A stretch of DNA of 64,000 nucleotides from a virus: positions 22,369-86,368 of IMG/VR virus record IMGVR_UViG_3300045988_143605. One strand, given 5' to 3'. The position numbers and the translations under genes were made by a program. Of the stretch, positions 57,523 to 64,000 are shown in pieces; positions within the stretch are counted from its first letter, which is position 1, and the number at the start of each line of letters is the position of its first letter. Below the pieces are notes generated by a model. The model was not told the origin of the DNA and searched no databases. It saw nothing but the letters and a program-made list of their open reading frames with translations.

Positions 57523-58959
57523 ATGGATGCAGATGACGCCATCGGGAATGGTGTGAAACCAATAGAGGCTACCCACGAGGGAAATATCCTCGATGAACTG
57601 AAGACAGCGAATCATAAGAAGAAGCTGAGAAACCTGAAAAGATTTCTGACAGACCCTACGATAGTGCGCATGGGCGTGGAGCGCTGCCTGAAAAGGGCGA
57701 GCAATTCGCCGGAAGTAAGGCAAGTCTCATTGCAGAAGGAGGATGTAGTCGAGCGTATCATCAGAGAGTTGAGCGAAGAGACGTATAGATGCAGTCCTCT
57801 TACTCCGAGAGTAATCGAGAAGAAGGGCAAGGGCGACAAGAACCGCAACGCTTACATCTATACCGTGTATGACAGGTGTGTGCAGAACGTGCTGCTGATA
57901 GTGATACGTGAGAAACTGACGAACCTGGTCTCTCCTCACTGCTATTCGGGTATCAAGGGAAAGAGCCTGTGGAGTAACGACAAGCGCTGGTGCCTGGTGA
58001 ACAAGATACGTACGTATGTGAAGAATCATCCATCGGCGAGTGCCGGTCTGACAGATATACGCCATTTCTACGAAACGCTAAAGTCGAAGGTGGTGCTGGG
58101 CGTAGCGTTTGAGACTGTAACGTGTCCGTTTACGCGTAGGCTGCTGTGTGAGATATTGCTGCAGCACGACACGCTCGTGATTGGCGGTATGCTGTCGCAG
58201 CTGCTTGCGATGCTCACGTTGACGGATATGGATATGGAACTGACGAGGCGTTTCAAACCGCAGTTTTACGGATGTTTCGGTGATAACAGGATTATCATGG
58301 ATGACAATCGTGAGAAGGTTACAGCTGCTGTGCATTGGGAGATGAGTTATCTCGCCGGACGCTACGGCATGGAGATGAAGAACGACTGGCAGACGGTGCG
58401 TGTCGGGAATGGCTTCATGTTCTGCAAGCAGCGCTTCAAAGGGTCGTTTGTGAACGTGAGGGCGGAAATCAGGCGTAGGGCTATACGTGCTGCCGGGAGA
58501 GGCTGGCAGAACTATGCCGGCTATCATGGCATGCTGATGAAGACAGACAGCAGAAGGTTGACAAGGCTTATAGAAACGGATATTAGAAAACTGAAAAAGA
58601 TGAAAAACCAGAAAGGAATGGCAGTGCGCCCGATGGCTGGCGACCAGGTGAAACTTGACAAGCTGGAGGGTACCACGATATTCATCACCGACTATGCGGT
58701 AAGGGAAAATCATAAGGACAGTGAGTTCTTCGTGCGTTTCCAGTTTGTGGCTGTCGGCAATGACGGCAGCAAACATCTCTATGTGACCAATAACGGGAGC
58801 TTCGAGATAAAGGAGTTTTTCAAGTTGGTGGCTGCGGGTAGTGTCTGCTTGCCGGTGAAGACGAAGATATGCTCTCAGGGCAAATCGTTCTACTTCGAGG
58901 GCTTTCATACCACGAGTGAGGAGGCGTGTGAATTGCTTTGTGAGAAATTTGGTATTTAG
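57523..58959 (+). CDS. DGR reverse transcriptase
   Basis: NRNAYIYTVYDRCVQNVLLIV (motifs 1-2), HCYSGIKGKS (motif 3), LTDIRHFYETL, IGGMLSQLLAML (the DGR-typical G-x-x-x-S-Q), FGDNRIIMDD (catalytic xxDD). Start placed at the first ATG after TR. Confidence 0.85.
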   Translation: MDADDAIGNGVKPIEATHEGNILDELKTANHKKKLRNLKRFLTDPTIVRMGVERCLKRASNSPEVRQVSLQKEDVVERIIRELSEETYRCSPLTPRVIEKKGKGDKNRNAYIYTVYDRCVQNVLLIVIREKLTNLVSPHCYSGIKGKSLWSNDKRWCLVNKIRTYVKNHPSASAGLTDIRHFYETLKSKVVLGVAFETVTCPFTRRLLCEILLQHDTLVIGGMLSQLLAMLTLTDMDMELTRRFKPQFYGCFGDNRIIMDDNREKVTAAVHWEMSYLAGRYGMEMKNDWQTVRVGNGFMFCKQRFKGSFVNVRAEIRRRAIRAAGRGWQNYAGYHGMLMKTDSRRLTRLIETDIRKLKKMKNQKGMAVRPMAGDQVKLDKLEGTTIFITDYAVRENHKDSEFFVRFQFVAVGNDGSKHLYVTNNGSFEIKEFFKLVAAGSVCLPVKTKICSQGKSFYFEGFHTTSEEACELLCEKFGI

Positions 58960-58985
58960 TTTAATTCATAAAAAGGAATAGTAAT

Positions 58986-59579
58986 ATGGAAATGACGAGA
59001 ATGGTATTTGCGCAGCAGCAGCCGAAGGTGACTCTGTGCAGGAGTGGCAGGGCTATGGTGGCTCTGAACGAGAAGAAGGTGACGACGCTGGAGGATGTGC
59101 CCGCTGGCATGGATGATGATGGCGTGATGGGACGAGAGGCGCGGGAGCAGACGGGGTATGCGTATGACGTGTGCTGGCTGGACGATGTGCAGCAGGAGTC
59201 GGAGGCGCTGGGCGCGGCGAAGGCTGCTGTGCTGGCTGGAATCGATGCCTATGATGGGTCGGACAGTGTTAATACTCTGGTGGTGAACGGTCAGCGCGGG
59301 TGGCTGGATAAGGCTACGCGCGTGGGGCTGATGAATGGTGTGGGTGTTGCGAAGGCGTGTGGCCTGGAGAGGATGTCGCTGTGGATAGATGGCAGGGAGT
59401 ATGTGATGGATGTAGCGCGCCTGGAGGAGCTGCTGGTGAAGGTGGAGGTGTATGCGATGGGGTGCTATAACGTGACGGCTGGGCACCGCAGGGCTGTGGC
59501 TGGTCTGACGACGCTGGAGGCTGTGCTGGGTTATGACTTCAAGGCGGGTTATCCGCAGATGGTGAGTGTGGTGGTATAG
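58986..59579 (+). CDS. hypothetical protein (possibly DUF4376-like fibre accessory)
   Basis: 197-aa ORF after the RT. Contains ...VNTLVVNGQRGWLDKATR...EVYAMGCYNVTAGH.... The family assignment is from memory only. Confidence 0.5.
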   Translation: MEMTRMVFAQQQPKVTLCRSGRAMVALNEKKVTTLEDVPAGMDDDGVMGREAREQTGYAYDVCWLDDVQQESEALGAAKAAVLAGIDAYDGSDSVNTLVVNGQRGWLDKATRVGLMNGVGVAKACGLERMSLWIDGREYVMDVARLEELLVKVEVYAMGCYNVTAGHRRAVAGLTTLEAVLGYDFKAGYPQMVSVVV

Positions 59580-59628
59580 GTAAAGGAAAAGACTTTCACT
59601 CTTCTATATTGTTTGTTTTTAGGATGAT

Positions 59629-59666
59629 GCCCTCTGCTGGCCGTGATGGTTGGCGGGGGGCTTTTT
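59629..59666 (+). terminator. candidate terminator ending the GC-rich module
   Basis: GCCCTCTGCTG ... TGGCGGGGGGC stem with several G:T pairs, followed by T5. Confidence 0.45.
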
Positions 59667-59791
59667 CAGTACTGGTTCTCCACAACATCCTTGGTGTAAA
59701 AGCATGCTCTGTAAACAGTAATGTCGCCATCGACGTGGACAACGACACTCACCGAATTAATAACATAGTACAAAATACTACGTCATATCGT

Positions 59792-59986
59792 TTATCCCGC
59801 CGCCGTCACGCTTGCACTTATCTTTGCACCACATGAGGGACAGATGGTTTGTATCTTAAATTCTGACGGATATACGTTTTTGTTGCATTGGTCTTCTGGT
59901 GGAAACAACTCGGTTATTTTCACTCCCAATGCGTCGGCTATATCGTAGAGATTGCTCAACGACGGATTGGCGTTGACTCGTTTGAA
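59792..59986 (-). pseudogene. 5'-truncated paralog of the XRE-type regulator at 61511-61879
   Basis: The minus-strand frame reads NPSLSNLYDIADALGVKITELFPP...ICPSCGAKISASV, aligning to SIYRIAMALDIDPRDMFFP...FCPHCGAKVRVGV. There is no start codon and the first HTH helices are missing. Confidence 0.5.
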
Positions 59987-60005
59987 TTTTAAGTTTTGAG
60001 TTGTT

Positions 60006-60037
60006 AAAAAAAGCCGCTGTCCTCACGGATAGCAGCC
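60006..60037 (-). terminator. intrinsic terminator (minus strand)
   Basis: GGCTGCTA-TCCGTGAGGA-CAGCGGC followed by T7, read on the minus strand. Confidence 0.55.
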
Positions 60038-60164
60038 TTTGTCTGATTTTAACATTTTAAATACTTTATAGAATATGATGTTCTAATAAAATACTCAATG
60101 CAAAGGTACAATAAAAAGGCGAGACTACAAAAGTGGTTCGCAATTTTTGTTTCGTTCTTGTTGC

Positions 60165-60623
60165 TTATTCGCCAGGTACAGTGAAGTCTATCCACTTCAA
60201 GTTTGGGAAGAACTGCTGATAGTTGTCCTTCGTCACGTCCTGCTCCCAGTCGGTGCCGTCCATATACTCTATGCAGATACTGACGGGCAAGGCGTGCACC
60301 TTCTCCACTCCGATGTAGGCTGCGTTAGCCACACGCTTGTACTTCTTGCCAGGGTCGAAAGGTCCGGTTGCCGACACCTTGCGCAGCTGAAGGTTGGGTG
60401 TCATGCCTTCCGACACGTCGCCCACTTCGTTTACGGCACACCACTCTACCTTGACATACTTCACCTTCTTCTCTCCGTCGCACGTAAACCCGACGTACAG
60501 CGCCTTGGAAGTGTAGAGCAGGGTAGGCTTGAGCTTGAAGTTCGAGAACACCACTTGTGCATTTGCAGTATGGGCAACGAGCATCATTGCCAACAGCATC
60601 ATCATTCTAAAAATTTTCTTCAT
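60165..60623 (-). CDS. secreted protein (moron candidate)
   Basis: Signal peptide MKKIFRMMMLLAMMLVAHTANA-Q. 152 aa. Has its own terminator. Confidence 0.65.
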   Translation of the reverse strand: MKKIFRMMMLLAMMLVAHTANAQVVFSNFKLKPTLLYTSKALYVGFTCDGEKKVKYVKVEWCAVNEVGDVSEGMTPNLQLRKVSATGPFDPGKKYKRVANAAYIGVEKVHALPVSICIEYMDGTDWEQDVTKDNYQQFFPNLKWIDFTVPGE

Positions 60624-60670
60624 ACATTGATATCTTTATACGTTAGTACATTCGTAGGTTTGTATTTTTC

Positions 60671-60770
60671 TTTTACATCGGATTGCACGGATTTTACGGA
60701 TTTTTCTCTCCATGTTCCATGCGTACTTTATGTCTCAACATCCGTTCAATCCGTCAAATCCGATGTAAAA
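60671..60770. repeat. 31-nt imperfect inverted repeat upstream of the secreted-protein gene
   Basis: Arms at 60671-60701 and 60740-60770 match at 27 of 31 positions. Built from ACGGAT units. Confidence 0.6.
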
Positions 60771-61020
60771 ACATACGTTAGTAACGGAGTTTGTCCGATG
60801 TTTCACGCACGTTTTTGTACCTTTATCCTTGGAAAGTTCGGGGTGTCGGACTGGATGCGAAATCAGTAAGCAACCGGTAAGGACGCAGTAAAGACGTTTA
60901 CGCTCGTTTTCACTCGTTTTTCAGTCGTTTTCCGGATAAATGTTTCACGGATTTTCGGCTGTCCGTCCACGCCCACGTTTCCCAGCAGATTTTTTATTCA
61001 CACCTTAAACACATATCAGT

Positions 61021-61443
61021 ATGGCAAAGGTCACTTTTCGACTGACATTCAGTCCATTTCCTGTAAGTTATGCTCCAAAGAGGGCGTGATTTACAGTGTA
61101 AATCAGCAGACGGGCAAGACCTATCGTTCCGACCGTCACGGTTATTCCGACCCTAAAACCGCGGTTCAGCAAACTATTCGTGCCATCTTCAAAGAGGAAG
61201 TCGCAGTTTGCCTCCGCTTTGTGGAAGCAGAACCGTCCGTCCGACAAGTCAGCCAAGGGTACGGAGGCTTACCTCGCCGTGATGAAGGCGTACAAGGCGC
61301 AGCACAAGATTGGCAACCTATACAGCTTCATGCGCTCCCTCGTCACCGACGACCTCAAGGTCGTGCTCGCTGGCAACGACCTCACGGGTGGCGTATTGGC
61401 TCTTGGCGGTGGTCAGAAGCCTGGTGGCGAGCAGGAGACTTAA
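61021..61443 (+). pseudogene. small gene readable only across three frames
   Basis: MAKVTFRLTFSPFPVSYAPK / GVIYSVNQQTGKTYRSDRHGYSDPKTAVQQTIRAIF / RKSQFASALWKQNRPSDKSAKGTEAYLAVMKAYK...GGQKPGGEQET. Confidence 0.4.
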
Positions 61444-61488
61444 AGGTCGCTAAGCGCAAAAAAGCCTTAACATTTTCCACGGTAGGTA

Positions 61489-61512
61489 CACGGCTTGCCG
61501 TGGTTTTTTTTT
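61489..61512 (+). terminator. intrinsic terminator between convergent genes
   Basis: CACGG-CTTG-CCGTG followed by T9. Confidence 0.5.
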
Positions 61513-61879
61513 ATTCTTCGGGCAGGAGCACCACACCGACACGAACCTTTGCGCCACAATGAGGGCAGAAGGTAGTGGTGTTGATGGTGTTTTGCGTCTC
61601 CTCTTGTGTATTTTCTTCTTTCTCCTCTTTTCCTTTTTCGGTAAAAGGTAATGTTTCTACTTCCTCGTCGGTTGGGAAGAACATATCGCGAGGGTCTATA
61701 TCGAGAGCCATTGCTATGCGATATATAGATGCTGTTGTAAGTGATTTGTTGCGTAAGAATTGCGCCATCGACTGCGAACTCATGCCGCAGGCTTCAGCAA
61801 AAGCGTTTGTGCCTAAACCTAACTTCTGCATGAGCTTGCGAAGATTAACTTCTGATTTTGGTTTTTTTTCTGTTTCCAT
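61511..61879 (-). CDS. XRE-family HTH regulator (repressor candidate) with a C-terminal CxxC element
   Basis: LRKLMQKLGLGTNAFAEACGMSSQSMAQFLRNK is HTH_3-like. C-terminal FCPHCGAKV. Confidence 0.75.
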   Translation of the reverse strand: METEKKPKSEVNLRKLMQKLGLGTNAFAEACGMSSQSMAQFLRNKSLTTASIYRIAMALDIDPRDMFFPTDEEVETLPFTEKGKEEKEENTQEETQNTINTTTFCPHCGAKVRVGVVLLPEE

Positions 61880-62264
61880 AATCGAACGGATGTATAATGT
61901 TATTTATTATTTATCTGCAAAGGTAATTATTTTATTTGTTTTCACAAAGTTTTTAGTGATAAAATTATTAGTTTTTAGTAAAAACAAGTGACTTTAGTGG
62001 ATTTTTGATGCTTTTAATGGAATATTTTGATGTTAAATTGTATAGTTGAATTATTATTTCACTCCTATAAATAGTTAATAATCAACGTTTTAGCCGACAC
62101 ACTACTCTGCGAAAGCACGCCCAAAAGGAGAACCTAAATAATTGATAATTAGAGCAATTGCATCCGTAAACTCTACCCCGAAACCTTGATTCGGAAGCGA
62201 GACCGACCGCCACACTGAGGAGCTTTGTGCGTGTCCGCCTTGGTGCCCGGCTGGATATATGCCC

Positions 62265-62422
62265 CCGAGGACACCAGCTACAACCCCCGAGGACACCAGC
62301 TACAACCACCGAGGACACCAGCTACAACCACCGAGGACACCGACACCACACCACCGAGGACACCGACACCACACCACCGAGGACACCGACACCACACCAC
62401 CGAGGACACCGACACCACACCC
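62265..62422. repeat. tandem array: 3 x 22 nt (CCGAGGACACCAGCTACAACCA) then 4 x 23 nt (CCGAGGACACCGACACCACACCA)
   Basis: Units counted directly. Contiguous with no spacers. An AT-rich stretch follows. Confidence 0.85.
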
Positions 62423-62538
62423 CGTATATATAAAAATGCGTGCTAATAGTTTTATTTGTAAAAAAATGTTTAGTTAATACGTTCATTTGCATATAAAGGT
62501 TAAAAGCAAATGAGAATATAAACTTTTTAATGATTTTA

Positions 62539-62570
62539 TTTGTACGAAACAAATAAATATATTACCTTTG
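62539..62570 (+). promoter_or_regulatory. host-type promoter (TTTG-N20-TACCTTTG)
   Basis: Matches the Bacteroides -33/-7 consensus. 39 nt upstream of the ATG at 62610. Confidence 0.5.
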
Positions 62571-62609
62571 CAAGCATAAACAAGAAACATATAAAACACT
62601 TTATTGATT

Positions 62610-62963
62610 ATGAACAAAAAGCAAACATTAACTTTAATTGCATTGGCAACAATAGCAATTAACAACAAAGAAGGATTCACCGTAAATGCTGCGACATTAC
62701 AACCCGTTACAACAGGGTACGCTGTAGCCGTTGCAGCTACCCAAAACTCGTTTGGGCTCTCAGGCCTTGCGAACGTTATAAAATACGTTAGTGATCATCC
62801 TGAAGTAAACGCTTTCGGCGGTTGGTACAATCGTAATAATAATATGTATTATTATGATGCTACTATAATAGTTGAGGATTTGGAAACCGCTTTAGAACTT
62901 GGCCGAGTGAATAAACAACTTGCGATATTTGATCTTGCAAACTTGCAAGAAATTAGACTTTAA
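62610..62963 (+). CDS. hypothetical protein
   Basis: ATG start chosen (MNKKQTL). 117 aa. Confidence 0.55.
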   Translation: MNKKQTLTLIALATIAINNKEGFTVNAATLQPVTTGYAVAVAATQNSFGLSGLANVIKYVSDHPEVNAFGGWYNRNNNMYYYDATIIVEDLETALELGRVNKQLAIFDLANLQEIRL

Positions 62964-63020
62964 ACAATAATTGAGGACCGGCGCCGCCGGTCCTTACATC
63001 TAACAAATATTTTTTTTATT

Positions 63021-63398
63021 ATGAAACAGTTTGAAAAAATATATAACTTTATAGAGAATCCGCGTAAATATGGAGTCCGCAAACATACTCGCGTATATAC
63101 TTATATATGTGTGCTTGCTTGCAACGGAATTGCGCAAACTGGTTACAGTGACAGACAAACAAAACACGTTGAAACAAATGAGGTTGTAAATGTGTTGAAT
63201 CGTTTAGGCGTGGCGTGTGGTTTTAATAATATCGCCCCCCGAGGCGGTGCATGTGGTGAACGTGTTTTTTTGACGGGAAAAGTAAAAAAAGACTGTTTGA
63301 CAAATTGCAAAAATTTCGTTGATGCCTTTTTGTGTGAGCATCCAAAAAAAACAGAATGGAAGGCAAAAGATGAATTTATTAAAAATTTACAGAAATAA
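63021..63398 (+). CDS. hypothetical protein
   Basis: 125-aa ORF. Confidence 0.5.
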   Translation: MKQFEKIYNFIENPRKYGVRKHTRVYTYICVLACNGIAQTGYSDRQTKHVETNEVVNVLNRLGVACGFNNIAPRGGACGERVFLTGKVKKDCLTNCKNFVDAFLCEHPKKTEWKAKDEFIKNLQK

Positions 63399-63422
63399 AA
63401 AAACTTATTTAATATTGATATT

Positions 63423-63773
63423 ATGATATATAACAGACAAATAAAAGGCGTTAATTTTAAGCTTGTTTGCGATTCCTGGAACACTCGTAGCAGTTGGGGA
63501 CACAAAGTAACTTTGTATAAAAATGATATTGTGAAAGTAGGTAGTATCAGGATTCGTTATTATAACAGAACTTGGGAAAATTACCAGTACCAAAGCGCAA
63601 TAAAAAGCGTTATTTATAATGCTATTCAAGAAATAAAAGCGGCGGCAAAGAAAGTTTTTTTAACTTTGCATAACTACAAGATTTTGACGAAAAAACGCGC
63701 CGTTGAATTTATTGAATACCTTGCAAAGGATTTAGAATATAATATATATAATGAACTGCTAAGAATGTTTTAA
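63423..63773 (+). CDS. hypothetical protein
   Basis: 116-aa ORF followed by a terminator. Confidence 0.5.
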   Translation: MIYNRQIKGVNFKLVCDSWNTRSSWGHKVTLYKNDIVKVGSIRIRYYNRTWENYQYQSAIKSVIYNAIQEIKAAAKKVFLTLHNYKILTKKRAVEFIEYLAKDLEYNIYNELLRMF

Positions 63774-63783
63774 CCGTTTGCGT

Positions 63784-63814
63784 ACGGGCTGTAAGTACTT
63801 GCAGCCCGTTTTTT
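63784..63814 (+). terminator. intrinsic terminator
   Basis: ACGGGCTG-loop-CAGCCCGT 8-bp stem followed by T6. Confidence 0.65.
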
Positions 63815-63817
63815 AAT

Positions 63818-64000
63818 ACCTGGCACCATCCAGACACCAGGAGGGCGCAAAGGTGGCGCGCTGGCAATACTCCATACCTGGCACCATCCAGGCACCAGGA
63901 GGCGCAAAGGTGGCGCGCTGGCAATACTCCATACCTGGCACCATCCAGGCAACAGGAGGCGCAAAGGTGGCGCGCTGGCAATACTCCATACCTGGCACCA
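63818..64000. repeat. 57-58-nt tandem repeat, at least 3.2 copies, running off the window
   Basis: Units at 63818-63875, 63876-63932 and 63933-63989, then a partial unit. Each unit contains CCTGG...CCAGG and GCGC...GCGC inverted elements. Confidence 0.85.

Noticed and set aside
57523-58959. RT belonging to a retron or group II intron
   Set aside because: A cognate TR/VR pair with adenine-only differences lies immediately upstream. No intron RNA domains, maturase or endonuclease domains, or msr/msd-like inverted repeats were seen.
56946-59579. Avd accessory gene of the DGR
   Set aside because: I searched the gaps around TR and the ORF after the RT. No ~110-130-aa helical basic ORF is present, and ORF 58986-59579 does not resemble Avd by eye. 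This is reported as an absence, not a feature.
60147-60869. 240-aa plus-strand ORF
   Set aside because: It is antisense to the 152-aa minus-strand gene, which has a clear signal peptide and terminator. It also runs through the inverted-repeat region.
62265-62422. Possible CRISPR array (regular ~22-23-nt periodicity)
   Set aside because: The units are contiguous with no unique spacers, and no cas genes are nearby. This is a tandem direct repeat. The plus-strand ORFs listed at 62225-62477 are just translations of the repeat.
63818-64000. Possible CRISPR array or coding repeat (ORFs 63709-63998 on the minus strand)
   Set aside because: The whole 57-nt unit is repeated with no variable spacers. 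The listed minus-strand ORFs are three frames of the same repeat with repetitive low-complexity translations.
1-64000. Prophage boundaries, integrase and att sites
   Set aside because: I looked for a tyrosine or serine recombinase, a transposase, or direct repeats flanking the element and recognised none in this window. No integration claim is made.

Overview
The window is almost entirely a large tailed dsDNA phage or prophage segment of more than 60 kb. No integrase, transposase or att site is visible, so the element's ends are not defined. The host looks Bacteroidales-like: TAnnTTTG -7 promoter boxes, no Shine-Dalgarno sequences, and CACGGAT/ATTCGTG hairpin repeats.

Layout:
- 1-4.0 kb: replication and auxiliary genes (dnaN fragment, a decayed gene, a methyltransferase).
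- 4.2-9.3 kb, minus strand: packaging operon (large terminase, NPPY methyltransferase, PAPS-reductase-like PP-loop protein).
- 9.4-16.0 kb: rightward operon from a holin-like gene to a 1608-aa tape measure protein.
- 16.0-16.9 kb: AT-rich, motif-bearing non-coding region, followed by a BT4734/VirE-type primase-like gene and a dUTPase.
- 20.9-24.7 kb: tRNA(CAU), S49 prohead protease with scaffold tail, and the major capsid protein.
- 25.1-28.0 kb: accessory island with a terminator-flanked LysR regulator and small Cys-rich secreted/membrane proteins.
- 29.9-34.7 kb: auxiliary island with RtcB RNA ligase, YopX and a GNAT.
- 34.9-37.6 kb: membrane-protein module including a LemA-like protein.
- 37.9-51.3 kb: portal candidate, a beta-class DNA methyltransferase, and large virion and tail-fibre proteins.
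- 51.3-52.9 kb: lysis cassette (holin-like, YkuD/DUF5675-like, lipoprotein with a C-terminal TM = u-spanin candidate).
- 52.9-59.6 kb: fibre genes and the DGR.
- 59.6-64.0 kb: lower-GC regulatory region with an XRE repressor-like gene, a truncated paralog of it, a secreted-protein moron, and two tandem-repeat arrays.

The strongest finding is a complete diversity-generating retroelement (DGR). A 927-aa fibre-like target carries a C-terminal variable repeat (VR). The cognate template repeat (TR) differs from it only at TR adenines, 11 of 11 differences. A reverse transcriptase follows, and no Avd-like accessory gene is recognisable.

Other notable signals:
- A phage-specific promoter architecture, (C/T)ATGTCCGC-N20-TAnnTT(T/C)G, present five times ahead of the main structural operons.
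- A sharp GC jump inside the 1287-aa tail-fibre gene.
- Several frame breaks that coincide with homopolymer runs; these are either assembly errors or slippage sites.

Everything here comes from reading the sequence and the supplied translations. No database search was run.
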